Below are positions 26,220 to 39,819 of a stretch of DNA of 64,000 nucleotides, in pieces. Position 1 is the first letter of the stretch; every line of letters begins with the position of its first letter. The position numbers and the translations under genes are program-made. Under the pieces are notes generated by a model. The model made no database searches. It worked only from the letters and a program-made list of their open reading frames with translations, and was not told where the DNA came from. Source of the stretch: Chiloscyllium plagiosum (Eukaryota); contig NC_057720.1 in NCBI RefSeq assembly GCF_004010195.1, positions 20,823,677 through 20,887,676 of the forward strand, read 5' to 3'.

Positions 26220-27918
26220 TCATCCCACGTACTTCTCGTGTAGGCGACTTCTACTGCCTTCCAAAGGTACACAAAGCCAACACATCATGTCGGGCAATGG
26301 GACCCTATGTGAGAATCTCTCCGGCTATGTGGAAGGCATCTTGAAACCTATTTGTACAGGGATCTCCAGCTTCTGTCACGACACTACGGATTTCTTACAG
26401 AAACTCAGCACCCATGGACCAGTCGAAACGGGAACATTCCTCGTCACAATGGACATTTCCGCACTCTACACCAGCATCCCCCACAATGATGGCATCGCGG
26501 CAACAGCCTCAGTACTCAACACCAACAACTGCCAATCTCCAAACACCATCCTACAACTCATCCGCTTTATCCTTGATCACAATGTCTTAATCTTTGACAA
26601 CCAGTTCTTCATCCAGACACACGGAACAGCCATGGGGACCAAATTTGCACCCCAATATGCCAACATTTTTATGCACAGGTTCGAACAACACTTCTTCTCT
26701 ATGCAGGATCTCCAACCAACACTGTACACCAGGTACATTGACGACATTTTCTTCCTCTGGACCCATGGCGAGGAGTCACTGATAAAACTACACAGTGACA
26801 TCAACAAGTTTCATCCCACCATCAAACTCACCAGGGACTACTCTCGACTATCTGTCTCATTCTTGGACACATGCGTCTCCATCAAAGATGGACACCTCAG
26901 CACCACACTCTACCGCAAACCCACAGACAACCTCACAATGCTACACTTCTCCAGCTTCCACCCAAAACATATTAAAACAGCCATCCCCTATGGACAAGCC
27001 CTACACTTACACTGGATCTGCTCAGATGAGGAGNNNNNNNNNNNNNNNNNNNNNNNNNNNNNNNNNNNNNNNNNNNNNNNNNNNNNNNNNNNNNNNNNNN
27101 NNNNNNNNNNNNNNNNNNNNNNNNNNNNNNNNNNNNNNNNNNNNNNNNNNNNNNNNNNNNNNNNNNNNNNNNNNNNNNNNNNNNNNNNNNNNNNNNNNNN
27201 NNNNNNNNNNNNNNNNNNNNNNNNNNNNNNNNNNNNNNNNCTCATGTGACTCAGCCAACATTGTCTATCTTATACATTGCAGGCAGGGATGCCCGGAGGC
27301 ATGGTACATTGGGGAAACCGAGCAAAGGCTATGACAACGGATGAATGGGCACCGCACAACAATCAACAGACAGGAGGGTTCCCTCCCAGTTGGGGAACAC
27401 TTCAATGGTCCAGGACATTCAGCCTCAGACCTTCGGGTGACCATCTTCCAAGGTGGACTTTGGGACAGGCAGCAGAGAAAAGTGGGCGAGCAGAGGCTGA
27501 TAGCTAATAGGGAGGACCTTGGGTTCATGTCACATTACAGGCGGTCACCATTGCACTACACACACACACACACACACACAGATATTCCTACACACACACA
27601 CACACACGTACACACAGACACCCACACGTACCCTTTCAGACACACATACTCCCACACGCACCCCCTCAAAGACTTAAGACACTCTGCACTCACTACACAC
27701 ACACACACTATCACTGTATTCTAACAGATTAATTGATTGGCTTAACAGACAATCAATTTTTCAATGTATAATTTCAGTTACATCACACTAAATTTTTGCT
27801 ATAAATTCTGTGTTAGGATTGAGCCCTCCACAATCACCTGCTGAAGAAGTGTCACTCCGAAAGCTAGTGCTTCCAATTAAACCTGTTGGACTATAACCTG
27901 GTGTTGTGTGATTTTTAA
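26220..27918 (+). mobile_element. Penelope-like retroelement, family A: RT + GIY-YIG endonuclease + 3' pLTR with hammerhead motif (5'-truncated, disrupted)
   Basis: RT motifs FYCLPKVHK, TMDISALYTSIP, QTHGTAMGTKFAPQYANIFM, RYIDDIF and YRKPTD. After the N gap comes the GIY-YIG region SCDSANIVYLIHC..WYIGETEQRL*, with an in-frame stop. Then a (CA)n-rich UTR and the tail cacCTGCTGAagaagtgtcactccGAAAgcTAgtg...gtgtgattttt. Confidence 0.93.
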
Positions 27919-29102
27919 ATTAGTTTATTACTTCATATTCCTTAACAGCTTTGACCAACGTGAACCAATCATTTTCAGTTTTAAATGTAACAATTAGTTA
28001 ATGGGAATTCCATACTTTTAACATACTGAGTGTGGAAATATTTCGTAATGTCATTCCTAAAAGGTCTGCCTTTAAATTTTCCTCCTTGGTCCAAGACTTC
28101 CACATTCTTGAGACTTTATTTTTTAATTTTTTGTTTACTTACCTGCTTTGCTTACTTCATAAATTTAAAACTTGGATCAATTCTTCCTGTATCCTTCTAA
28201 ATTACAGCAATACAACCCCCATAGTTCATGTCAACTTTCCTTGAAATTTAACTCCAGGTAACATTCCGGTAAACCGACCCTGCACTCCCTCCAAGGCCAG
28301 TACATCTTACCTAAAGTGCCCAGAACCGCTTTCAGTACCTCAGGGCACGCTGCAACCCAGGCCTTGTATATTTGTTGCACATCTTCTACTTCCTTGCATT
28401 CTGTTCAGCATTCCACTACTTATTGATTAAAATATTATGATATAATGCAGAAAACAGCATCTGAAATTGTACCTGAAAATCCAATTCTCTATGGAACTCC
28501 ATTGTTTCTAGCTTTCCTCCCTTTATAAAATACTTGATTTACTCCTTTTTTTTAGATCCATTTGATTTTGCATTTGCTTACATTGAAATTTGTCAATTCA
28601 CTATCTATTTCTACTTCCATTATCATTGCATACCATGCCTGTCCTCATGTTGTTAACAAGCGTGGATATTTGGCTAAGTTGTGGATAAATATGGCGAATT
28701 GTTCCAACACCAGTCACATCCTGTCAGTCGGAATGCCAGCTCATTATCCCCAAGTCTCCTGTCACTCAACCAATTTCCTAATGAGGTCAATAATTTGACT
28801 TCAATTCCATGAATTTCAACTTTAGCTAAAAATGTATGTGAAGGAAATTTGGCAAGTGCCTCAGGAAGTCCATATAAATAATATTTAGTCACCTCCTTTT
28901 AAAACAAATTGCTAATAATTACCCTTTTCGTCCTAAATGAATTGTAAACATGTGTTGACTTTGATATTCTGGCCAGTACATTTTGATTCTCATTTTGCTT
29001 TGTCACTTCTGATACTTTTTCCATTTTTCTCATTCTGCTGGATTTGTGCTATTTTTGACTTCTTCAATGTTTTATATTTGTTACATGTCATCTCATTTCA
29101 TT

Positions 29103-29192
29103 AGAGCTGAAAATGTGTTGCTGGAAAAGCGCAGCAGGTCAGGCAGCATCCAAGGAACAGGGGAATCGACATTTCGGGCATGAGCCCTTCCT
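29103..29192 (-). mobile_element. PLE family B tail fragment
   Basis: Matches 60588-60675 and is truncated within the hammerhead. Confidence 0.75.
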
Positions 29193-29369
29193 CATTTCAT
29201 TAGCCATTCATGGCTATATAATTGCCCCTTACAGCCATAAAATAGTTCTGCATCTTATTAGACTTGAACACTTCCAATTTATCTACACACAACCAAGAAA
29301 AACAGTAGGCCACTCAGCCCTTCAAAGCTTATTCCACCATTCAGAAAGATCAAAGCTGATCGAATTTTT

Positions 29370-29560
29370 GTTAAAAATCACACAGCATTGGGTAATAGCT
29401 CAACAGATTTATTTGGAGGCACTAGCTTTCAGAGCGCTGCTTCTTTGTGAGGTGGTTGATGAAGAAGCAGTGCTTTGCAAGCTAGTGCCTCCAAATAAAC
29501 CTGTTGGACTATAACCCAGTGTTGTGTGATTTTTCACTTTGTCCACCCCAGTCCAACACC
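29370..29560. mobile_element. PLE family A fold-back hairpin
   Basis: aaaatcacacagca...cactagctttc...ggtggt | tgatgaag...gctagtg...gtgtgattttt, with inverted arms of about 85 bp. Confidence 0.85.
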
Positions 29561-30189
29561 AAATCACAATCTGATTTTAACCTGCATATCTCCTTAGTAA
29601 TCAATAATCTACCTCCCTTGGCCTTAAAATATTTTAAAATTCTGCATCCACGGCCTTTGAAGAAGGGAATTCCAAAAGAATATCCACACTCAGGGGGAAA
29701 AAAGTACCTCATCTGTCTTAAATGGTTAACCCCTCATTTTTAAAACCATGACCCCTCCTTCTAGATTCTCCCATAAGAGGAAATATCTTTTCAACATTCA
29801 TCCAGTCGACTCCTCTCAGGATACTATACGTTTCAATTAAGATACCCCCGTCTTTTCTGAACTCCAGAGAATACAAACCTAGCCTGTCTAGTCTTTGCTA
29901 ATAAGACAATCTGCTCATACCCATTGTTAGTCTAGTACACCTTCTCTGAACTGCTTTCAACACATTAATAAAAGTGCGTACAGTGACCAATGCTGTACGC
30001 AGTACTCCAGATGCAGTCTCATCAAAGCCTGGATGTCTGAAGCATAAACTCCCTTCTCTTGCACTCAATTCCCCTAGCAATAAAACATAATATTCTTATG
30101 TTTTCCTGATTTACTGTATCTCCATACATACATCTTTCGTCAGACATCTTCAGTAAAAGATTTAATAATTTGGAAAACAGTGACAAGAT

Positions 30190-32020
30190 TGGACAGAGTC
30201 AGAAATTTATGAAAGGAAAATCATGCTTGATAAACTTATTGGAATTTTTCAAAAACTTGTAGGGAAGAATCAGTGGATGTAATGTACTTGGACTTTCAAA
30301 AGACATTCTATAAGATCCTACAGAAGAGATTAGTGTGTAAATTAAAGAGCATGGGATGGGGGTACTCTACTTACGTGGATAGAGGTTAGAAACATAGAAT
30401 CTCTACACTGTGGAAGCAGGCCTCTTAGCCCATTGAGACCACACTAACGTTCCAAAGAGCAATCCACTCAATCCCTGTAACCCTGCATTTCCCACAACCA
30501 ATCCATCTAACCTGCTCATCTTAGGATTCGGGAGGAAACCCAAGCAGACTCAAGGAGATTCTGCAAACTCCACACACATTGAGGCTGGAATCAAACCCAG
30601 TTCCCGACCACCGTGAGTCACCATGCCACTAGGTTGACAGAAACGAAACAAAGTGTAAGAACAAACAGGTCATTTTCTGAGTGGCAGATGCTACCTAGTG
30701 GGGTATCACAGGGATTAGATCTTGTACCCCAGATATTCATAATAATTATTAATGATTTAGATTAGGGAACTAGATGTAATATCTCCAGGTTTGCGGACAA
30801 CACAAAGCTGGGTGGGAGGGCGAACTTTGAGGAGGATGTACAGATGCTGCAGTGTGATTTGGTCATATTGAGTGAATGGACAATTGCATGGCAGATGCAG
30901 TAAAATGTGGATGAATGAGAGTTTATTCACTTTGATAGTAACAACAGGAAGGCAGATTATCTGAATAGTGATGCCATGGGAAAAGGGGAGGCACAACAAG
31001 GTCTGGATGTCCTTGTATCCAGTCGCTAAAAGTAAACATACAGGTCCAGGGGGTTGTGAAGGCAGCAAATGCTATGATGGTCTTCATAGCAAGAGAATTG
31101 GAGTACAGGAGCAGTGATGTCTTGTTGCATCATACAGGGCCTTAGTGATACCATACCAGAAAGATACTGTGGTCTCCTTATCAGAGGTAGAATGTTCTGG
31201 CTACAGCGATAATGCAATAAACGTTTACCAGACTGATTCCAGAGATGGCAGGCCTGATGTATGAAGAGAGACTGGATCAGTGTGGATTGTACTCAATGGA
31301 GTTTAAAGGAATGAGGGAGGATCTCATAGAACCTATAAAGTTCTAATAGGACTAGACAGAGTAAATGCAAGTAGGATATTCCTGGTGACCGGGAGTCCAG
31401 AACTAGGAGTCTCAGTCTCAGGATACAAGGTAGCCCATTTACGACTGAGATGAGGAGAAATTTGGGCAGCACGGTGGCACAGTGGTTAGCACTGCTGCCT
31501 CACAGCGCCAGAGACCCGGGTTCAATTCCCGCCTCAGGCGACTGACTGTGTGGAGTTTGCATGTTCTCCCCGTATCTGCGTGGCTTTCCTCCGGGTGCTC
31601 CGGTTTCCTCCCACAGTCCAAAGATGTGCAGGTCAGGTGAATTGGCCATACTAAATTGCCCGTAGAGTTAGGTAAGGGGTAAATGTAGGGGTCTGGGTGG
31701 GTTGCGCTTCGGCGGGGCGGTGTGGACTTGTTGGGCCGAAGGGCCTGTTTCCACATTGTAAGTAATCTAATATAATCTAATATAAAAAATTTCTTCATCC
31801 ACACTGTGGTGAGCATGTAGAATTCTCTTCCACAGAGAGTGGTCAAGGCCAAAACATTGAATACTTTAAAAAAGGAGCAAGATATAGTTCTTAGGGCGAA
31901 AAGGATCAAAGAATATGAAGTGAAAGCAGGAATAAGAGTTGGATGATCAGCCACGATCATATTTAATGGTGGAGCAGGGGGAAAAGGGCCAAATGGCCTG
32001 CTCCTACCCTCCATGTTTCC
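30190..32020 (+). mobile_element. Degenerate CR1 LINE, interrupted by SINEs at 30393-30629 (-) and 31464-31783 (+)
   Basis: KGKSCLINLLEFF, DVMYLDFQK, SRFADNTKLG, and the CR1 3' UTR. Confidence 0.85.
31464..31783 (+). mobile_element. Full-length HE1/V-SINE
   Basis: tRNA head (gtggcacagtggttagc; ggttcaattccc), V-domain, CR1-like tail gggcctgtttccacattg with (taatc)n, and short flanking repeat aaattt. Confidence 0.92.
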
Positions 32021-34711
32021 GTGTCATTTTACCCCTTAACAGATTTCCCCAGAATACGGAGAATGGTTTCTGCCTCATCCAACTAAAGTCAGCCTTGCTT
32101 AACCGGAGGCATTTAGGAACAGGAATTGGCCATTTGGCCCTTTGAGCCTGCTCCACCAGTTAATAAGAATCATGGCTGATTGTGGTCTCAGCTCCACTTT
32201 CCTGTCTGCCCTCTCCAACCCTTGTATCCCTTGACCATTAGAACAAAATCTATCGCGAGCCTGAGAGGTATTTTATGTTTTTCCCTTTTCAAATAATGCC
32301 GAACTTGATTACAGATGATTGTTATTGCAGAAATATCTGTGCACTGTTGACCAAATCCAACTCATTGGTGCAGCTAAAATGGGATGCCAGTTGTTGGCTT
32401 TAGGGTATAATTCTGCAGACAAACTACCCCCTGGATATTCATGACCATTCAACTGGTATTGAACATGTTGCAGTGTAAGATTTTGTCTTAAAATGACGCA
32501 AGGCTTTTCCTCAATGTTCACAAATACACTTATAAAGGTTTTGTTCCAACACTATGAAGCATTGAGAGCTAACTGAACACAGACATTGTTGAAAAGTTCC
32601 ATGTTCTTTGTCTTTAGAAAGAGGTCATATTCATTGCAAGAATGTCATAGATGCCAGAACATAAATGACCAAATCAAATATGACTTTGAACTTGCAAAAT
32701 ATCGAGAGGTCATAAACTGCCTTCCTTGAAGGAAAATAAGAGTCATGACAACACCAGGCTTTTAAAAATTAATTCCATCTCTACATGAATGCTGAGTGAG
32801 AATAGGGTTGGGCTTGGCGACAATGCTTCCCCCTGGTAACTTGCCAATACTCAATGTCACAGCTGATGCATAAATAACAGCCACCGGGTAAAGTCCAAAG
32901 AACCAATCCCCAATAAAAAGTTAGAACCCTCAGGGAATATATGAAAATTGGCAGAAGGGAATCTCAACTGACCGAATTACATGGGTGGTCCTTGATCTCA
33001 CGTCATTGCTTTCTCACGATTGCTAACTGGACAACCTGGGCTATTTTTGGTGCACTTTTTTTTACAATTAATATTAACATTTCATGTGTTTGTTAAAAGA
33101 GACTTAACTTTCAACTCTGCACACTTAAAGCACTGGAATCACTTTATTACCACATGCAATGTTAACATCTTGCATTTATGTAGCACACCGAACATAAATC
33201 CCTCATGTGCCCAAACTATATTAGCTGAGGTTTCTTCAGCCTGTGAATTGTGACAAGACTGTAAATGGGTGCATAAATAGCAGTAAAAAAGAAAGCTACA
33301 CTGCATCACATTTATTCCTCAGCGCATCTTACAGACGAAGTACACTGAGGACAACTAAGTAAAATGTACCAAAAACTTGGTTACTCAGGAACTCTTTCAC
33401 CAGTTGTGAGAAGGGATAAGCCTTGAACACAGTGGGCATGAGACACATTGTAAGCTGGAAAATAATGAAAAAGGACTGTCAGAGGAGCCATGGGACTAAT
33501 TCAGGATCAAAATGGAGATCTACTTGCAGAACAGTAAAGCTTGGTTGAGCCACTAAATAAGCCCTTTGCTGTGGCATCAAAGTAGAGGATTTTGTTAAAC
33601 CTACGGTAAAAGTGGTGGTTTCTGAGATAGTGGAGGAGGTAAAAATAGATAAAGAGCAGATACTAGAAAGGCCACAATACTTCCAGCAGGTAAGTCCCTT
33701 AGCCCAGGTTATGGACAGTAGCTTGAATAGAAATGGTGGCTACAGTCTTTCAATTCATGCTAGATGTGTCACAAAAGAAATAGTATATTCTTATTAAAAA
33801 AAATAAAACTGCCAATGACAGTTTAATGTCAGGTGATGTGGAAGCTTTTAGAAGCAAATAAGATATCCTGTGGCATTATACTGAAGGAGGGAGGTTATAT
33901 CCTTGGTGTATTGATCCCTTATAAACCAACAGGACAAAAACAAATTATTAGATCATTTTAATATGACTGTTTGTGGGAGCATGCTGTGTACAAATTGGCT
34001 GCCTCATTTAATACATTGCAGGAGGAACGACACTTCAGAGGCAGCTGTGAAGCACTTTGAGATACCCTGAGGTTGTGAAATGCTCAAGAAAATCCTTAAC
34101 TTGCTTCTTTCATATTTTGTCAGACTCGTTACTTTGCTCTTTCCAGGCATTTTCCCAATTGAATATTAAATCGATCTTAAGCAACGCTTAAACAGATGCT
34201 GAAGAACTTCTCGCTTCAAAGGGAATTATACGCCAAGAATAATTTGTCAGCTGAGGCAGGAGAGACAAAAATATTAGAGAAGTTCAAAACATTGCTGGAT
34301 GCTATAATGGGAAAAGTTGGATTGGATGAATTTCAATGAAACAAATGGCTTTCTTGTCTTCTCTTGTGCTTTTGTCTACTTTCTGAGCTTTTCTCCTGAG
34401 TTACCCCCAGTGGCCTTGATTACTTTTCCCTTTGGTTTTTAAACAAATCACTGTGCAGCAGCAACTCAGCACGGAGATCATCAATTCATCAGAATCACCC
34501 AGCTCTGGATGGCCTTCGCTCACAAGTCATTGAATTTCAGCACTTTCATTTTCCACAAGAGATGCTGCCTGACTGACTCTGGCCTTTGCATAAAAGACTG
34601 CTTTGCCCCATTCACACAGACAACATTCACCTACAAACAGCCTCTCTGCTTTTGTTCAGTCAGCCGCCAGAATGGTTAGCAATGTTTTAAATGGTCAGCA
34701 ATGTTTTAAAT

Positions 34712-35200
34712 GGTCATCGTGGTTGTGGGTATGTTCGCCGAGCTGGGAAGTTGATTTGCAGATGTTTCACCCCATGTCGAGGTGACATCTTCAGTGCTTT
34801 GGAGCCTCCTGTGAAACGCTGCTGTACTGCATCTTCTGGAATTTATTTTGTTTCATTCCCACTGCTTCCTGTTGTTCGTTGTAGTGGCTGGTATATTGGG
34901 TCTAGGTCAATGTGCTTGGTGATGGAGTCTGGGGCCGCGTGTCATGCTTCATGCCACAGACTCCATCAACAAGCACATGGACTTGGACCCAATATCCCGG
35001 CCACTACAACAAATAACCGGAACCAGCAAATGGAAGCAGCAGAAATGGGACCAAATAAATTCTGGAAGACTCAGTACAGCAGCGCTTCACAAGAGGCTCC
35101 AAATCATTGAAAATGTCACCGAGACAGGGGACAGAACATCTGTAAATCAAATTCCCATCTCGGCGAACATACCCACAACCATGACAACCGACACCTGAGC
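34712..35200. mobile_element. PLE family D palindromic (fold-back) element
   Basis: Arms at about 34712-34940 and 34945-35185 are reverse complements. The right arm encodes HATDSINKHMDLDPISRPL, a Penelope/Poseidon-type endonuclease C-terminus. Each arm has a degenerate hammerhead (left arm rc gcaCTGAAGAtgtcacc...GAAAcaTCtgc). Confidence 0.8.
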
Positions 35201-35206
35201 TATAGA

Positions 35207-36970
35207 TAGAGTCATAGAGATGTACAGCACAGAAACAAACCCTTCAGTCCAACCTGTCCATGCAGACCAGATATCCTAACTCAATCTAGTCCCACCTGCC
35301 AGCACTCGACCTATATCTCTCCAAACCCTTCCTATTCATATACTCGTCCAGATGCCTTTTAAATGGTGCAACTGTACCAGCCTCTACCAGCTCATTCCAT
35401 GCACATACCACCGTGTGTGTGAAAAGGTTACCCCTTAGGTCTCTTTTATATCTTTCTGCTTGGCACCCTAAATCTATGCCCTTTCATTCTGGACTCCACC
35501 ACCCCAGGGAAAAGACTTTGTCTATTTATCCTACCTATGCCCCTCATGATTTTACAAATCTCTCCAAGCTCAGCCTCTGACACTCCAGGGAAAACAGCCC
35601 TAGCCTATTCAACCTCTCCTTATAGCTTAAATCCCCCAACCCTGGCAACATTCTTGTAAATCTTTTCTGAACCCTTTCAAGTTTCACAACATCTTTCCGA
35701 TAGGAAGCAAACCAGAATCGCAAGCAATATTCCAAAGATGACCTAACCAATGTCCTGCAGAGCCGCAACGTGACTTCCCAACTCCTGTACTCAATACCAC
35801 AAAGCATACCAAACACCTCCTTCACTATCCTATCTACCTGTAACTCCACTTTGAAGAAGTTATGAACCTGCACTCTACAGTTCCTTTGTTCAGCAACACT
35901 CCCCAGGACCTTACCATTAAGTGTATAAGTCCTGCTAAGATTTGCTTTTCCAAAATGCAGCACCTCACATTTATCTAAATTAAACTCCATCTGCCACTTC
36001 TCAACTCATTGGCCTATCTGATCAAGAGCCTGTTGTAATCTGAGGTAACCCTCTTTGCTGAGCACTACACCTCCAATTTTGGTGTCATCTGCAAATTTAC
36101 TAATGATACCTCTTATGCTCGCATCCAAATCATTTATATAAATGATGAAAGGTAGTGGACTCAGTGCCAATCCTTGTGGCACTCCACTGGTCACAGGCCT
36201 CCAGTCTGAAAATCAATCCTCCACCACCACCCTCTGTCTTCCACCTTTGAGCCAGTTCTGTGTCCAAATGGCTAGTTCTCCCTGTATTCCATGAGATCTA
36301 ACCTTGCTAATCAGTCTCCCATGGGAACCTTGTCAAGCGGCTTACTGAAGCCCATATAGATCACATCTACTGCTCTGTCCTCATCAATCCTCTTTGTCAC
36401 TTCTTCAAAAAACTCAATCAAGTTTGTGAGACATGATTTCCCACGCACAAAGCCAAGTTGACTATCCCTAACCAGTCCCTGTCTTTCCAAATACATGTAC
36501 ATCCTGTCCCTCAGGATTCCCTCCAACAACTTGCCCACCACCGAGGTCAGGCTATAGTTCCCTGGCTTGTCTTTACCGCCCTTCTTAAACAGTGACACCA
36601 CGTTTGCCAACCTCCAGTCTTGCGGCACCTCACCTGTGACTATCGATGATACAAATCTCACAGCAAGAGGCCCAGCAATCACTTCTCTAGCTTCCCATAG
36701 AGTTCTGGGGTACATCTGATCAGGTCCTGGGCATTTATCCATTTTTATGTATTTCAAGACATCCAGCACTTCCTCCTCTGTAATATGGACATTTTTCAAG
36801 ATGTCACCATCTATTTCTCTACGTTCTATATCTTCCATGTTCTTTTCCACAGTAAATACTGATGCAAAATACTCATTTAGTATCTCCCCCATCTCCTGTG
36901 GCTCCACACAAAGGCCGCCTTGCTGATCTTTGAGGGACCCTTTTCTCTCCCTAGTTACCCTTTTGCCCTT
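35207..36970 (-). mobile_element. CR1 LINE ORF2 (RT) fragment, about 1.8 kb
   Basis: ORFs 36311-36907, 36006-36194 and 35544-35990 give PGPDQMYPRTL, DWRLANV, GKSCLTNL, SGVPQG and KFADDTK. Confidence 0.95.
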
Positions 36971-37185
36971 TCTTTATACTCAGGGGTAACTCAGGAGGAT
37001 GTCATTCTTATTTTTCAGAAACCCAAGTTTCTCCGGCAAAAGACATTTTACAAAATCCCCATTGGCAGTACTACGGCAAGCACCTTCTCCCCACATGATC
37101 CAGGATTGTGTTCAGCTAACGTGTTGCAAAAAACCAATTCGCAGGGTTTTAACACCATCTTCACCTGTACAGAAATCAGAATTGT

Positions 37186-37392
37186 TAAAAGTTAAAAATC
37201 ACACAACACCAGGTTATAGTCCAACAGGTTTAATTAGAATCACTAGCTTTCGGAGCCCTGCTCATTCATATAGTGTCACAACCACCTGAAGAAGGGGCGT
37301 CACTCCGAAAGCTAGTGTTTCCAGTTAAACCTGTTGGACGATAACCTGGTGTTGTGTGATTTTTAACTTTGTACACCCCAGTCCAACACCAG
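37186..37392. mobile_element. PLE family A fold-back; tail interrupted by an HE1 SINE
   Basis: Inverted arms, with direct repeat aaatcagaattgt at 37173-37185 and 37709-37721. Confidence 0.88.
37280..37320 (+). ncRNA. Minimal type-I hammerhead motif (family A), core intact
   Basis: aaccacCTGAAGAaggggcgtcactccGAAAgcTAgtg. Stem I is cac/gtg and stem III is the palindromic AGCU. Confidence 0.7.
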
Positions 37393-37704
37393 CACGGTGG
37401 CTCAGTGGTTAGCACTGCTGCCTCACAGCGCCAGAGACCCGGGTTCAATTCCCACCTCAGGCAACTGTCTGTGTGGAGTTTGCACATTCTCCCCGTATCT
37501 GCGTGGGTTTCCTCCGGGTGCTCCGGTTTCCTCCCACAGTCTAAAGATGTGCAGGTCAGGTGAATTGGCCATGCTAAGTTGCCCGTAGTGTTAGGCGAAG
37601 GGGTAAATGTAGGGGAATGGGTCTGGGTGGGTTGCTTTTCGGAGGGTCGGCGTGGACTTGCTGGGCTGAAGGGCCTGTTTCCACACTAAGTAATCTAATC
37701 TAAT
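37388..37704 (+). mobile_element. Full-length HE1/V-SINE
   Basis: Closely similar to 31464-31783. Confidence 0.92.
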
Positions 37705-38407
37705 CCCCAAATCAGAATTGTAAAGGTTCAGTTTAAAGCCAATTACTTTGGGCAGAACCTTACACTCCCACTCAAAATGGAATGAGAATCCAAGAATATT
37801 TGAGAAATTCGATTGATGGGAAACCGGATTAAAACATGAATCAAGTTAAGCTGATTTGTCAGCACTTGTTCTGCGTTGACATAGCGCTAACAGTGGGGGG
37901 TGGGGTTGTCACAGTTGCTTAGGCAGTAATCTGGCAGAGTGAATTGTTCATCTGTTGTAGAAACCTGTCCAAGTTTCATCTCAATGAAATCAAATTGAGC
38001 ATAGGAACCAAGCAGGGAAAGCCAATCAACCCTATCTGATTATGGACCAGTTTCTCTGTCAAATCCACTCACCCTCTTAAGATCCATAATCCATTCATAC
38101 CTTCCTGTAAATTAAATCCATCAGGGTTTAAAAAAAAAATTCAAGTATTCCAGCAGCCACAGACTGTGTGGGGGAGTGGTCCAAATTTCCTCTACCCACG
38201 TGTGGATAAAGTACTTCTGGATTTCATACCTTCATATCCTAGCTTTAATTTTTATGATTGCACGTACTTGTGGATTCTTCACCAGAAGAAATAGCATTTT
38301 CCAACTCTATTGAATTCCTTTATTGCAAAGATCTCACACTTGTTCAACCCCCAGCCTTTTAAACGCAAGTGTATACAAACTGGGATTGAACAATCTATCC
38401 CTATAAC

Positions 38408-38724
38408 AGAATCATAGAACCTCTTGGAGGTGTGGAAGGAGGCCACTCGGCCCATCAAATCCATACGGACCCACCAAAGAGCATCTCAATCAGACTCACC
38501 CCGTTCCTGTAACCCTGCATTTCCCATGGCTAATCCACCTAGACACCGTGGGGCAATTTAGCATGGTCTATCCACCCAGCTGGCACATCCGTGGGCCCTG
38601 AGAGGAAATCAGAGCACCCAGACATGGAGAGAATGAGCAAATTCCAATTGGACAGTCACCCAAGGTTGGAATTGAATCGAGGCCCCTGGCGCAACAAGCA
38701 GCAGTATTGAGTCACCATGCCACC
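38408..38724 (-). mobile_element. HE1/V-SINE inside an old minus-strand CR1 (about 38000-39350)
   Basis: Reverse complement of the SINE head and tail. The surrounding sequence resembles decayed CR1. Confidence 0.75.
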
Positions 38725-39819
38725 GTCACCTTTAAGCCCTGATTACATACTGGTTAATCCATGCTGTACACCTTACAAGTTCAGTATATCTTTGCTGAGG
38801 AAAAGGTCTGAAAGTCAACAGAGTGCTATGGATGGGAATTGACCAGAGTGTTGTACAGCAGAATTATCCTGTCCTCGCCTTTGTATTTCAATCCTGTGAA
38901 TTATACAAGACCAACATCACATTAGACTTGGAATACTTTTAGCAGTTCTGCACAAGGTCACTCAAATCCTCGGCACCTCTAGTTCCTGACCTAATGTTCA
39001 GAAAATATTCTGAAATCACCTTTCTTTCCACTCATTTAACTGCACATGTCACGGTTTTGTCCAATCACTTAAACTACCTAGAACCCTTTGTAACATGCTG
39101 CTCAAAGTGCATCATTATTCCTCCAATTTAAATGTAATTTACAAACTCAAATATGCATCTAAGTTATTGATATAGAAACTTAAAACACCAATATAGATTC
39201 TTGAGAACACTCGTCACATCCTGTCCACATGGGAAGGTTCCTTTATCTCAACCGACTATCGCTTACTTTCCAAGTAATTACCACTTTATGACATGGTTAA
39301 AAAAAACTTTATTAATAATATCTAAATTTATAAATGTCTTCTGGAAAGCAATACAGGTAGCATGAACACACCACTACAGGGTAGGGTAGTGAGTCCGGGT
39401 GGAATGCCCTTCGGACTTTCAATGTGGACTCGATAGGTTGAATGGACTGCTTCCACATTGTAGGGATTTCTATGATTCTATGTTGAAAATTGGGTCAGAG
39501 GACACTGTAATGTGCTCCTGTCCAGCTGCAGTTTTAACCCTATTTCCTCAGCAGTAAATATCACAAGGCAAAAATAGTAGGCTTACCATCACCTCAGTAA
39601 CTGACTGTAGGCTAGGCTCAACCAAGGATACTTTAACTCAACAATTATCAAATCATTCCATTTATTTTGAACAAAATTTCCTCTGGAGAAATGGCCACAG
39701 TTCAAAGAGAGAATAACGGTTAATTTAGGAATAGTTCCAAGTCAGTGATCCTATGAAGTGCCTCAGACCTTGTAAACCACAATAGAGTCTATCAGCATCA
39801 TTTCAACTCGGACAACAAG

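Noticed and set aside
27557..27712. (CA)n tracts as independent microsatellites (also 18920-19000)
   Set aside because: They occupy the same position in two family A copies, so they are part of the PLE 3' UTR.
31464..31540. tRNA-like sequence (also 37388, 56327, 17812)
   Set aside because: These are SINE heads with A/B boxes followed by a SINE body and tail, not tRNA genes.
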